Source: a bacterium
GTDB taxonomy: Bacteria > UBA8248
Reading direction: 5' to 3'
Assembly (NCBI GenBank): GCA_963692865.2
Contig: OY843592.1
Span: 2,464,001 to 2,528,000, forward strand
Length of the DNA stretch: 64,000 nt
The first letter of the stretch is position 1; each line of letters opens with the position of its first letter. The position numbers and the translations under genes are program-made. This document shows positions 1 to 9,424 of the stretch, in pieces. A model generated the notes under the pieces. The model did no database searches. It had not been told where the DNA came from and worked only from the letters and a program-made list of their open reading frames with translations.

Positions 1-118
1 CCGGATCGTTGATTCCGATCAGGGCCAGGAGGTCTTTCGCCGCCGGAGTGGGGGCGCCGCCCGGCAGGAGTTTTTCGATATGGGAAAACCCCGGATGCTC
101 CTCAATCCGAACGCTCAT
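1..118 (-). CDS. Hypothetical protein, N-terminal part only (runs off the window start)
   Basis: GGAGG RBS at about 127-131, ATG at 118, open frame MSVRIEEHPGFSHIEKLLPGGAPTPAAKDLLALIGINDP with GC-rich codon usage. Lies directly downstream of the MFS gene. Confidence 0.6.
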   Translation of the reverse strand, partial: MSVRIEEHPGFSHIEKLLPGGAPTPAAKDLLALIGINDP

Positions 119-148
119 AAGGTATCCCTCCGCACAAACCATGAAGGA

Positions 149-1381
149 CTAGCGCATGGGATCTCCCGGATCCGCGGCTGCCTGATGAAGAGCCGAATCC
201 CCCTTCGTCCCGGGGAGCCATGAAAAGGCGACCAGACTCCCCAGGCAGGCGATGCCGATTGCTCCGAAAACGAACTCCAGGCCGTATGCGTCCGCCAGTA
301 TACCCAGAAAAAACAATCCCAGGCCAACAAAAATCTGGTTGGCCGTAAAAATAACGCCGACGACGCTTCCCGCCAGCCTGGGCGGACTGACCTCGAACCC
401 GTATGCGAAAATCACCGAGCGCATGGAGATGAGAAAAACGCCGACCGACGCGATGCAGGCGTAGAGGAAAATTCCCGTGCCCGCGTGGGGAACCAAAAAC
501 ATCGCGATCCCGCCGGCGGCGACCCCGATGAAGAGAATCAGCTTTCGGGAAACCCTGTCGGAGAGATAGCCGACTATCGTCTCGGGAAATATGGAGGCCG
601 CCGAATACACGCCGAGCGCAAGGCCCAGGGTGCTCGGACCCACGCCGTATTTTCTCACCAGCAGTATGGGCAGAAAAATCGAAACCACGTTGTGGGCGAG
701 CGTCCGCACGCCCGAGAAAACGCAGGCCCCCATCATGCCGGGGTTCTTGATGAGCGCATCCACGAAGTTGCGCGGGATGAGGGAAGAGCCGGGCTTTTGC
801 TTGCCGCTGAGCTGGAAGGGTTCGAGATAAACCCACAAAAGCATCGCCGTCACAAGAAGGGGAATCGTGTTCGCCAGCAGGACGCCCCGCCAGGTCATGA
901 CGAGGAGCAGATAGCCCGCGATGATGGGCGCCAGCGTCTGCCCCAGGTTCGCGCCCGTGCCGTGTACGCCCAGCGCGAAACCCTTGCGGTTGCCGAAGCG
1001 CATTCCCAGCAGGCCCATCGATGGCGGGTGCCAGGTGTGCGTCGCAAGGCCGCTCAGCCAGATAATGGGGGCCAGGGTGAGAAACCCCGCCGCGAGGCTC
1101 GCACCGCCGTAGAACAGCGCGACCGAAGCCATGCACCCGACGAGCAGCCATTTCCCGCCGCCGTAGGCGTCGATGACGTAGCCCGCCCCCACGCTGCTGA
1201 AGGCGCTCATCACGGCCCTGCCCGTGAAGAGGAGGCCCACCTGGGTGAGCGTGAGGCCCAGATCGGCGGTCAGATAGGGGATGACGGGCCCCAGAACGCC
1301 CTGGAACCAGTGTTCACAGGCGTGGCCGGTGGTGAGCAGGGCGAGGATTTGCCATTTCTTCAAGGTTTCATTCTCATGCAA
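149..1381 (-). CDS. MFS transporter
   Basis: 410 aa with about 12 hydrophobic segments. MFS motif-A-like loops GYVIDAYGGGK and GYLSDRVSRK. Confidence 0.9.
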   Translation of the reverse strand: MHENETLKKWQILALLTTGHACEHWFQGVLGPVIPYLTADLGLTLTQVGLLFTGRAVMSAFSSVGAGYVIDAYGGGKWLLVGCMASVALFYGGASLAAGFLTLAPIIWLSGLATHTWHPPSMGLLGMRFGNRKGFALGVHGTGANLGQTLAPIIAGYLLLVMTWRGVLLANTIPLLVTAMLLWVYLEPFQLSGKQKPGSSLIPRNFVDALIKNPGMMGACVFSGVRTLAHNVVSIFLPILLVRKYGVGPSTLGLALGVYSAASIFPETIVGYLSDRVSRKLILFIGVAAGGIAMFLVPHAGTGIFLYACIASVGVFLISMRSVIFAYGFEVSPPRLAGSVVGVIFTANQIFVGLGLFFLGILADAYGLEFVFGAIGIACLGSLVAFSWLPGTKGDSALHQAAADPGDPMR

Positions 1382-1595
1382 TGCGGTGGCGCGAATTTGA
1401 TGCGGGAAATCCTAGCATTTTGACACGGGCGAGCATAGGTGAGGGGACGAATCTACCACAGCCGTTTTATGTCGATTGGCAACCTCGTTTCTGCTGCTGA
1501 ACCTGAAATTTCGATAAAAATGGAAATAAAACAAAATATATCGTCGATTTATGCATTTTCGATTCCCAAAATCCTGCATTTGCCCGTATTTGAGG

Positions 1596-1641
1596 TTGAC
1601 ACACCCTTGAAAGCAGACGTAAATTAACTGGTAGGACAATC
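1596..1641 (+). promoter_or_regulatory. Sigma70-like promoter with overlapping FadR/PdhR-type operator
   Basis: TTGACA (1596-1601), 18-nt spacer, TAAATT (1620-1625), then AACTGGTAGGACAATC resembling PdhR/LldR TGGT-N3-ACCA boxes. Directly upstream of a FadR-subfamily regulator. Confidence 0.5.
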
Positions 1642-1691
1642 CCATAAGGTGATGAGCCTCTCTGTGGGACGCATATTCAGGAGTTTGAAAC

Positions 1692-2432
1692 GTGGTTATC
1701 GGCGACAGACTGCAGGCGGTGAAGAAAACGCGAGTGTATGAGGCCATCGTCGCCCAACTCACGTCCTTGATACTCGAAGGCGAGCTCAAGCCTGGCGAGA
1801 AGCTGCCCTCCGAGCGGGAGTTGTGCGAGCAGTTCGGCGTAGGCAGAAACTCGGTTCGCGAAGCCACGCGCTCGCTGGAATCCGCCAGGCTGGTGGAGAC
1901 CAGACAGGGGGAAGGAACCTTCGTCACGGCGGCTCCCGAGTCCATGCTCCCCATGATTTCCGAAAAAGTCTCCTCCGACGCGGCGAACGGCATGCACGAC
2001 CTCTTCGAGGCGCGCATGGTTCTCGAGCCCCAAATCGCCGCCCTCGCCGCAGAGCGCGCGACGGACGCGGAGTTGGCCATGCTCGAAGATGCCATTCGGC
2101 GGCAGCATGATGCGATAGAGGGCGGAGGCCTTGGTCTCCAGGAAGACACCCAATTTCATTTGGGACTCGCAGAGGCCGCCAGGAATCAATTCCTGCACCA
2201 TCTCCTGAACAGCCTGCTCAATTCCCTGAGCGAGATGCGGGAACGCTCGCTTCGTGATAAAAGCGTTCGCTTCCGCTCCTGGGAAGCGCACCGGAAGATT
2301 CTGGATGCCGTCTCGGACAAGGACCGGAACAGGGCGATGGCGGGGATGATCAGCCACTTGGTCGAGATTGAGGGGAACGAAATCGAATCCCACGTGAAAC
2401 TGGAACATCTGGCGGAACTGGAATCGGCATGA
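1692..2432 (+). CDS. FadR/GntR family transcriptional regulator
   Basis: N-terminal wHTH LKPGEKLPSERELCEQFGVGRNSVREA...GEGTFV and C-terminal FCD domain (DTQFHLGLAEAARN). Confidence 0.95.
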   Translation: MVIGDRLQAVKKTRVYEAIVAQLTSLILEGELKPGEKLPSERELCEQFGVGRNSVREATRSLESARLVETRQGEGTFVTAAPESMLPMISEKVSSDAANGMHDLFEARMVLEPQIAALAAERATDAELAMLEDAIRRQHDAIEGGGLGLQEDTQFHLGLAEAARNQFLHHLLNSLLNSLSEMRERSLRDKSVRFRSWEAHRKILDAVSDKDRNRAMAGMISHLVEIEGNEIESHVKLEHLAELESA

Positions 2433-2506
2433 ACCGATTTTGAAGGAATCGAGCCTTGAAAACCGTATAGTTCAACTTCTTCAACTCCAAGTGGGGGGTA
2501 TCGAAT

Positions 2507-3697
2507 GTGAGCGTCATATCGTTTGAAGTCATCTACAGAGGAATTTTCCAGAAAAGCCTTGCGGTGAAAATTTCACGGACGTTGATCCTCGCGGCCGTGA
2601 AGGAAGGAAAACCGGGAATCTCCTTCGGGCGCTACAGCGATTCGCCCGAGCGCAACGGGATTCCCGCCAAGCAGTTCGGCTACATCGCGGACAACGAGGA
2701 AGAACTCGAAACGGTGGCCGCGCAATACGAGCCCAAGCAGGTGGACATCTCCATCTGCGTGGACGACACGCTTTGCAAGGGCGTGGAATCCTGGGCGTGG
2801 TACGGTCTTCAGCCCATCAACGCCGTCACGAAGCCCGGCGGCACGCTGATCGTCACCTCGAACCAGAAAGAAGACGAACTCGTCCAGCACATCCACCGCA
2901 AAGACGAGCCCTACAAACTCGCGATCATCCCGGGCGAGGCGAGCTTCGCCGGCCTCTGGGTCTACAAGGACGACGGCACCGACGCGCGCTGTCTGGCGGC
3001 GGCCCTCAAGGCAGAGCCGAGCATGTGCTCCATCGCCTCTCTGGAGTCGGCCATCCGCGAGAACATCGGCTCGGAAACGCACGTGGAAGCCGCGCGCGAG
3101 GTGTATGAAGACCTGCGCCCGGTCGAAATCGAACCGGGGCAGGGCAACGACGAGGTTCCCTTCACGTTCGAACTCCTCAAGTGGCACGAAATGCGCCAGG
3201 GCGTCGTCATCGACGGCGTGGGCGGACACGAGGGTTTCCGGGGCGGCGAGGGCGGCTACGAGCCGGGGCGCAACCCGTACTTCAAGAAGTGGTCGACGCG
3301 CACCATGCGCCCGGTCGTCTCGTTCGATAAATGCACGAAATGCACGCTGTGCTGGATCGCGTGCCCGGACACCTGCTTCGACGTCACGCCGGACGGCTAC
3401 TTCGACGCCAACATGGAGGCGTGCTGCGGCTGCGGCGTGTGCGAGGCCATCTGCCCGGTCAAGGACTGCATCACCATGGTGAACGAGGTCGTCTTCGAGG
3501 AACGCGACAGCCAGTGGCAGATGTGGAACGAGAACAAGGAAGATTACGACAAGTACATGGACGACAAGATCACCACCGGCAAGATAGAGGGCCGCCACCC
3601 GATCACAGGCCTGGGGCAGGCGTTCTCCGGCATCGGCATCGAGACGGGTCACAACCCCGAGACGGCCAGGATCAAAACCCTTCAAGACCTCAAATAG
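2507..3697 (+). CDS. 2-oxoacid:ferredoxin oxidoreductase fused gamma/delta subunit (oxalate oxidoreductase delta-like)
   Basis: Gamma-like N-terminal domain plus two 4Fe-4S motifs (CTKCTLCWIACP, CCGCGVCEAICP). Lacks the GxGGQG glycine loop. Confidence 0.88.
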   Translation: MSVISFEVIYRGIFQKSLAVKISRTLILAAVKEGKPGISFGRYSDSPERNGIPAKQFGYIADNEEELETVAAQYEPKQVDISICVDDTLCKGVESWAWYGLQPINAVTKPGGTLIVTSNQKEDELVQHIHRKDEPYKLAIIPGEASFAGLWVYKDDGTDARCLAAALKAEPSMCSIASLESAIRENIGSETHVEAAREVYEDLRPVEIEPGQGNDEVPFTFELLKWHEMRQGVVIDGVGGHEGFRGGEGGYEPGRNPYFKKWSTRTMRPVVSFDKCTKCTLCWIACPDTCFDVTPDGYFDANMEACCGCGVCEAICPVKDCITMVNEVVFEERDSQWQMWNENKEDYDKYMDDKITTGKIEGRHPITGLGQAFSGIGIETGHNPETARIKTLQDLK

Positions 3698-3715
3698 GAC
3701 AATAGGAGCGAACTG

Positions 3716-4933
3716 ATGGCGACAGCTACCGAACAACAACAAGGTGCGGGAGTTCATCTCCTCACCGGAAGCGAGGTGATGGCCCACGTGTGCCGCCTCG
3801 CCGACGTGGATGTCATCACGGCGTATCCGATCCGGCCGTATGACACCGTGATGCAGTACGTCTCGAAATTCATCGCCGAGGGCGAGTTCGACGCCGACTA
3901 CATTCCGGCGGAGAGCGAGCACGGCCAGTTCGAGATCGTCAAGCACGCCTCGGCCTGCGGCGCGCGCGTGTTCACCGGATCGAGCGGCGTGGGCTGGCTC
4001 TACGCGATGGAGCCTCTGGCCGTTACGGCGGGGCTTCGCCTGCCGATGGTGGCCCTGGTCGGCTGCCGCGCTTTGGATGACCCCGGCGCGTTCGGCACCG
4101 AGCACAACGACGCGATGCTCGTGCGCGATCTGGGCTGGATGATCAACTTCCCCGACACGGCGCAGGAAGTCGTCGAGCTCGGCCTCATGGCGTATCGCGT
4201 GGCCGAGGATTCGAACGTGTACCTGCCTTGCGCCATCGCCATGGACGGCGCGTTCCTCACGCACAGCCAGGCGACGGTGCGGCTGCCCGGGCAGGAGCAG
4301 GTCGACGAGTTCCTCCCGCCCTATGACAGGGGCGACCTGCTGCTGCACCCGGACAACCCCATCACCATCGCGCCCCAGGCGAACGAGGACTGGCTCATGG
4401 AAGTCCGCCGCCAGAGCAGCGAGGCGGCGAAAAACTCATACGGCGTGCTCAAGGAAGCCCACGCCGATTTCTGCAGAATCTTTGGCGTGGACACGGACCC
4501 CTTCCTCGATGAATACATGACCGAGGACGCCGACGTCGTGCTCTGCGGCATGGGAACGCTGAGCCTGCCGGTGAAGGTCGCCATCCGCGAAATGCGCAAG
4601 GAAGGCAAGAAGGTCGGCATGCTTCGTCTCAAATGGTTCCGCCCCTTCCCGACGGAAGAGTTGCGCGCGTCGCTCTCGCGCTTCAAGGCGGTGGGCGTCA
4701 TCGACCGCGACTACTCGTTTGGTTCTCCCTATCATGGTGGTATAGTGTTCAACGAAGTGAAAGCCGCCATGTACGGGGCGGACAAGGTGCCTCACATGAA
4801 AGGGTTCGTCTGCGGCCTCGGTGGCCGTGAGGTGCTGCTCGAAGACGTCAAACACATGGCCGACAAGGTCATTTCCATGGGCCAGAACGATGCGGCCGAC
4901 AACGAAGTCGACTGGATCGGCGTGAGGGACTAA
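3716..4933 (+). CDS. 2-oxoacid:ferredoxin oxidoreductase alpha subunit (oxalate oxidoreductase alpha-like)
   Basis: YPIRP, ESEHG, GARVFTGSSGVG, FRPFP and GLGGRE motifs. Confidence 0.92.
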   Translation: MATATEQQQGAGVHLLTGSEVMAHVCRLADVDVITAYPIRPYDTVMQYVSKFIAEGEFDADYIPAESEHGQFEIVKHASACGARVFTGSSGVGWLYAMEPLAVTAGLRLPMVALVGCRALDDPGAFGTEHNDAMLVRDLGWMINFPDTAQEVVELGLMAYRVAEDSNVYLPCAIAMDGAFLTHSQATVRLPGQEQVDEFLPPYDRGDLLLHPDNPITIAPQANEDWLMEVRRQSSEAAKNSYGVLKEAHADFCRIFGVDTDPFLDEYMTEDADVVLCGMGTLSLPVKVAIREMRKEGKKVGMLRLKWFRPFPTEELRASLSRFKAVGVIDRDYSFGSPYHGGIVFNEVKAAMYGADKVPHMKGFVCGLGGREVLLEDVKHMADKVISMGQNDAADNEVDWIGVRD

Positions 4934-4936
4934 ATC

Positions 4937-5965
4937 ATGGCTGAAACCTCTGAATACAACATCGGAACACAGGAACTTCCCTTGATGGGGAAGGTGAACG
5001 CCATTCCCGAGAAAGCGGTGGAGGAGTATTTCACCAGCGGGCACAGGACGTGCCAGGGCTGTGAGAGCGCGCTCATCATGCGCCTCATGGCCAAGGCGGC
5101 GGGCCCTCGCTCCATCATCCTGGGCAGCACGGGCTGCATGTACGTGGCGAACACCACCTACTACAGCACTCCCTGGGTCGTGCCGTGGATGCACACGCAG
5201 CTGGGTTCGTCCGGCTCGGCGGCGACGGGAACGGCGGCGGCGCTTCGCGCGCTGATGCGCAAGGGCAAGATGAAGGAAGAGCCCATCAACGTCATCGCCT
5301 TCTGCGGCGACGGCGGCGGCATCGACATGGGCGTCTCCTCCATATCTGCGGCGCTCATGCACGCGAAGTACAACCTGGCGATCATCTGCTACGACAACGA
5401 ATCGTACGCGAACACGGACATCCAGATTTCGGGCGCATCCCCCTGGGGCGCGAACACGACGTTCACGCCTCCGGGCAAGAAGTTCCGCATCATGCACGAT
5501 TGTTGGAAGAAGAACATCGCCGCCATGTACGCGGTCGGCCACACGCGCTGCAACTACGTGGCGACGGCGGACGCCTCCTACCCCGCCGACTTGATCGACA
5601 AGGTCCGCAAGGCGCTGGCCGTGAAGGGGCCCGCCTTCGTGCACACGCTCGACCCGTGCCCGAAAGGGTGGGACTACGATCCCTTCTACTCCCACAAGCT
5701 CGGCGAGCTGGCCGTGGAGACGGGTCTCTTCCCGCTCTGGGAGATGACGGACGGAGCGCTCACCTACACGGGCATTTCCGCGCGCCAGGTGTACGGCAAG
5801 CGTGGCCGCAAGCCGGTGCGCGAATATCTGGAGACGCAGGGCCGCTTCCACCACTTCGTTGAGGAAGACTACGAATACTTCCAGAGCGAGGTGGACAAGA
5901 TGTGGGACGACTGGATGGTTCCCGGCGTGATTCCCTTCAAGGTGAACAATCCGAGCAAGAAGTAG
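4937..5965 (+). CDS. 2-oxoacid:ferredoxin oxidoreductase beta subunit (TPP-binding)
   Basis: GHRTCQGC, TGC, GDGGG...DNESYANT TPP motif and DPCPKGW. Confidence 0.92.
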   Translation: MAETSEYNIGTQELPLMGKVNAIPEKAVEEYFTSGHRTCQGCESALIMRLMAKAAGPRSIILGSTGCMYVANTTYYSTPWVVPWMHTQLGSSGSAATGTAAALRALMRKGKMKEEPINVIAFCGDGGGIDMGVSSISAALMHAKYNLAIICYDNESYANTDIQISGASPWGANTTFTPPGKKFRIMHDCWKKNIAAMYAVGHTRCNYVATADASYPADLIDKVRKALAVKGPAFVHTLDPCPKGWDYDPFYSHKLGELAVETGLFPLWEMTDGALTYTGISARQVYGKRGRKPVREYLETQGRFHHFVEEDYEYFQSEVDKMWDDWMVPGVIPFKVNNPSKK

Positions 5966-5998
5966 GGATTCGGGAAGCCGGTCTTCGGGAAATTTCAC

Positions 5999-6028
5999 GG
6001 CGGGGCCCTTCGGGGCCCCGCCCTTTTT
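5999..6028 (+). terminator. Rho-independent terminator
   Basis: GGCGGGGCCC-TTCG-GGGCCCCGCC 10-bp stem with UUCG tetraloop followed by CTTTTT, after the oxidoreductase operon. Confidence 0.85.
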
Positions 6029-6046
6029 CGCTCATGCCGAGCGCAA

Positions 6047-6961
6047 GTGTTCAAAGAGCAGAAGATGAACGAAGTCGGGGAAACGAGAAGAGGGAAAGAC
6101 GAAGCCGCGATGGTGCACGTGTCCGCCGGCCCGTTTCTGATGGGATCTGACATCGGCAACGCGGACGAGCGCCCTCGGCGCGAGGTCACCCTCGACGCTT
6201 TCTGGATCGACAAACACTGCGTGACGAACGCGCAGTACCGCGCCTTCTTGGAGGAGACCGAGGCGTTTCAATCGCCCCCCTCGTTCGCGAGAGACGATTT
6301 CGTGGGGCCCGGGCAGCCCATCGTCAGCATCAGCTGGGAGGAGGCGAACGCCTACGCCCGCTGGGTGGGCAAGCGCCTGCCGACCGAAGCGGAGTGGGAG
6401 AAGGCGGCGCGCGGAACGGACGGCCGCAAATATCCCTGGGGGGAGGACGAACCCTCTCCCGAGCGGGCCGTCTACGCGAGTACGGAAATGGAAATTCACT
6501 GCCCGAGCAATGTGGATGAATTCGCCGAAAGCGCCTCTCCCTATGGTTGCGTGCAGATGGCGGGCAACGTCTTCGAGTGGGTGGCGGACTGGTTCGACGG
6601 GTTCTATTACCAGACGGGCCCGGCGGAAAACCCCAAAGGCCTGGATAAGCCGACCTTCGAGGTGGCGATGGCGCGGGTGCCCGTGTTCGCCGTTCCGGGC
6701 GGGGGGAATCTGAGCCTGGGCGAAGTCAAGCGCGGCGAGCGCTACGAGATCCTCCACCGCGACGAGGACAGCTACAAGATACGCTTCGGGAACACCGAGG
6801 GCTGGCTGCCGCGCAGGGCGGGCTACGCATGGACGGCCAAGGCCGCCCGGGGCTGCGGCTGGGACTACATCGAAGACAGCCTCAGGTGTTCGGCGAGAGA
6901 GGGCTTCGAGCCCTGGTACAAGAATTTCAACATCGGCTTCCGGTGCGCGATGGACGCCTGA
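6047..6961 (+). CDS. SUMF1/FGE-sulfatase-fold protein with an inserted SH3b-like domain
   Basis: GPFLMGS, DERP, VTNAQY, RLPTEAEWEKAARG, MAGNVFEWV and IGFRCA motifs. About 55-aa SH3-like insert before the C-terminal part. Confidence 0.85.
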   Translation: MFKEQKMNEVGETRRGKDEAAMVHVSAGPFLMGSDIGNADERPRREVTLDAFWIDKHCVTNAQYRAFLEETEAFQSPPSFARDDFVGPGQPIVSISWEEANAYARWVGKRLPTEAEWEKAARGTDGRKYPWGEDEPSPERAVYASTEMEIHCPSNVDEFAESASPYGCVQMAGNVFEWVADWFDGFYYQTGPAENPKGLDKPTFEVAMARVPVFAVPGGGNLSLGEVKRGERYEILHRDEDSYKIRFGNTEGWLPRRAGYAWTAKAARGCGWDYIEDSLRCSAREGFEPWYKNFNIGFRCAMDA

Positions 6962-7005
6962 AGCCGGTTCCCTCGACTCGTCAACAGCAGCGCTCTTCTC
7001 CTGAA

Positions 7006-7269
7006 GGGGTTGTTGAAGAACCCTCCTTGCCCGGAATTCGCCACCGCCCTCGTTCCGGCTTTCGCCGGAATGACGAATAAAACCGAACCGCCTCGAAAGG
7101 ACAGGTCGCGAACTGTCACTACGGGACCGTGAATCGAAGTGTTGGCGTAGGGGCGCTTCGTGAAGCGCCCTCGTCTTCGGCGCGGGCCGTTCGCGAACGG
7201 CCCCTACGGCGGGTGCGGCGTTTGATCGTCATGACGGCTGTGGACAATGAGGGTTATTTGGCAACCCTC
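7006..7269. repeat. Intergenic REP/MITE-like hairpin cluster
   Basis: GGGGTTGTTGAAGAA end motif, TTCCGGCTTTCGCCGGAATGAC hairpin and a GTAGGGGCG...GCCCCTAC pair. All recur elsewhere in the window. Confidence 0.75.
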
Positions 7270-7304
7270 CAAGAGAACGATTCAGACACTGAAGCCTCGC
7301 CAGA

Positions 7305-8831
7305 TCAGGCCGAGGTGCCCGCCCGTGAAACCCTGAACTTGAAGATCATCGGCACGAGCGGCAGGACGAACAGGATGACGGAAACCATCATCAGCACCGC
7401 GGCGATGGGATGTCCGGCGAAGTCGAAGAAGATGCCGGGGCTCCCGTGGCTCATGATCATGCTCTGGCGGAAGGTGCGCTCCGTCAATCCTCCCAGAACC
7501 AGCGCCAGCACCATCGGGGCGAGGGGATAGTCGAGTTTGCGGAACACGTAGCCGACCGCGCCGAATATGAACATGAGATAGACGTCGAACATGTCCTGCG
7601 TCGGTGAGAACCCGCCGACAGCGCAGACGACGAGGATGATCGGGGCGAGAATCGTCATGGGCATCCTGAGCATCCAGATGAAGATCGGAACCGCGAAAAT
7701 GGCGACGATGACCGCCATCGTGTTCGCGATGTAGAGGCTCCCGGTAAGGCCCCAGACGAACTCCGCGTTTTCGACGAACAGCCGGGGACCCGGTACGAGT
7801 CCCCACACGAACAGGGCGCCGAGCATCACCGCCGTGGTCGGTGAACCCGGAATTCCCAGCGTCAGCATGGGGAGCATCGAACCCGTGCTCGCCGCGTTGT
7901 TGGCGCACTCGGGCGCCGCGACCCCCTCGATGGTTCCCTTGCCGAATTCTTCGGGCGTTTTCGAAAAGCGTTTCGCGATGCTGTAGCTCATGAAGCTCGC
8001 GGGCGTAGCGCCCGCTGCGGGCAGCATGCCGACGAAAAACCCGAGCAGGGAGCCTCTCATGATGGTGGGGGCGCATTTCGTGAGACCCTTGAGGGTCGAG
8101 ACGATCTCTTGCGCGCCGAGCTTCGCCTGGTATCTCTCCTTCGTCTTGAAGCCTTCTTCCAGGGTGTAGAAAATTTCCCCGACGCCGTAGATGCCGATGG
8201 CCAGCACGAGGAAATTGATGCCGTGATAAAAACCCGTGATGCCCCCGAATATGAGGCGCGGCGAGCCGCTCACGATGTCGGTTCCCACGGTGGACATGAG
8301 CAGCCCCAGCATGGTGGCGATGAGCGTCTTGAGGGGGCTTTCACCGCCCAGTCCCGCGAAGGTGGCGTACGCCAGCAGCACGACGGCGAATTCCTCGGGC
8401 GGGCCGAAGCGCAAGGCGAACTCGGCCAGGGGCGGGGCGAAGAACGTGAAGAGGACGATGGATAAAGTCCCGCCGATGAAGCTGGCCACCGCCGCCGTCA
8501 CAAGGGCGTCAGCGGCTTTCCCCTTTCTCGCCAGCGGATAGCCGTCGAACGTGGTCGCGACGGCCGTGGACGCTCCCGGGATGTTCAGCGTGATCGAACT
8601 GATGGCGCCGCCGTACATGGCCCCGTAGTAGATGGCGGCCAGGAAGATGATGGCGCTCGTCGGCGGAACGGCGAACGTGATGGGCAGCAGGATGGCGACC
8701 CCGTTCACCGAACCCAGCCCCGGCATCGCGCCTATGGCGACGCCCAGGACGACGCCGAACAGCGCCATCAACAGGTTTTGCGGCGAGATCGCAACACCCA
8801 GCCCGTAGAATAGATTACCGAGAATCTCCAA
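7305..8831 (-). CDS. tctA: Tripartite tricarboxylate transporter permease TctA
   Basis: GAMPGLG, YGGAISSITLNIPG, DGYPLARKG, EGVAAPECANNA and LTLGIPGS motifs. Confidence 0.95.
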   Translation of the reverse strand: MEILGNLFYGLGVAISPQNLLMALFGVVLGVAIGAMPGLGSVNGVAILLPITFAVPPTSAIIFLAAIYYGAMYGGAISSITLNIPGASTAVATTFDGYPLARKGKAADALVTAAVASFIGGTLSIVLFTFFAPPLAEFALRFGPPEEFAVVLLAYATFAGLGGESPLKTLIATMLGLLMSTVGTDIVSGSPRLIFGGITGFYHGINFLVLAIGIYGVGEIFYTLEEGFKTKERYQAKLGAQEIVSTLKGLTKCAPTIMRGSLLGFFVGMLPAAGATPASFMSYSIAKRFSKTPEEFGKGTIEGVAAPECANNAASTGSMLPMLTLGIPGSPTTAVMLGALFVWGLVPGPRLFVENAEFVWGLTGSLYIANTMAVIVAIFAVPIFIWMLRMPMTILAPIILVVCAVGGFSPTQDMFDVYLMFIFGAVGYVFRKLDYPLAPMVLALVLGGLTERTFRQSMIMSHGSPGIFFDFAGHPIAAVLMMVSVILFVLPLVPMIFKFRVSRAGTSA

Positions 8832-8913
8832 TTTACGCGGCCCTTAGGACAAACCTTGCCCCTACGATTACAGGGAATTCCCTAACGGATGGGCAAAGGA
8901 AACAGTGAAATAA

Positions 8914-9405
8914 TCAGTTCCAGTAAAACAGGAATTCCGCATACCCCTTCGGCAAGGGGATGATCAAAAATTTCTCGAAAATGTAATACACCACGACGGG
9001 GACGCCAACCGATACGCCGACGCTCGTCTTGAGGTTGTGCCCCCCGACGATGAACAGGCAATAGAAGATGAACAGGGCGGCGGAAAAATACACCGATATC
9101 ACGCCGATCAGGAGAATCATGAGCATACCGGGCAGGCCGACGCGCAACAGGTCGCCCAGGCCCTCCCTGCGCATGAACACTCCCGAGTCGGTCATGGAGG
9201 CCTCGCTTCGCCGCGAACGAAACAGCGACTGGAGCAACACCATCAAGGACACGGCGGCGATACCCAAAGAGAGCCAGAAGGGGAGGAACCCCCCTCCTGG
9301 CCCTTCCTTCGGTAGTATGCCGACAGGTAGTTCCGTAGCTTTCCAGGCGACGCCGAGGCTGACAAAAATCAGCCCGATGGCGACTATCCTATCCGCCCGC
9401 TGCAT
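8914..9405 (-). CDS. tctB: Tripartite tricarboxylate transporter small subunit TctB
   Basis: 4-TM protein with GPGGGFLPFW and C-terminal FEKFLIIPLPKG, located between tctC and tctA. Confidence 0.9.
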   Translation of the reverse strand: MQRADRIVAIGLIFVSLGVAWKATELPVGILPKEGPGGGFLPFWLSLGIAAVSLMVLLQSLFRSRRSEASMTDSGVFMRREGLGDLLRVGLPGMLMILLIGVISVYFSAALFIFYCLFIVGGHNLKTSVGVSVGVPVVVYYIFEKFLIIPLPKGYAEFLFYWN

Positions 9406-9424
9406 CTAGATTCTTCTCCAAAAG

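Noticed and set aside
2573-5998. Long antisense ORFs (591 aa and 520 aa), and similar ones opposite htrA, hcmA, meaH, hcl and the amidase
   Set aside because: Shadow frames of GC-rich genes with strong codon bias. They have no recognisable motifs and fully overlap well-supported genes.
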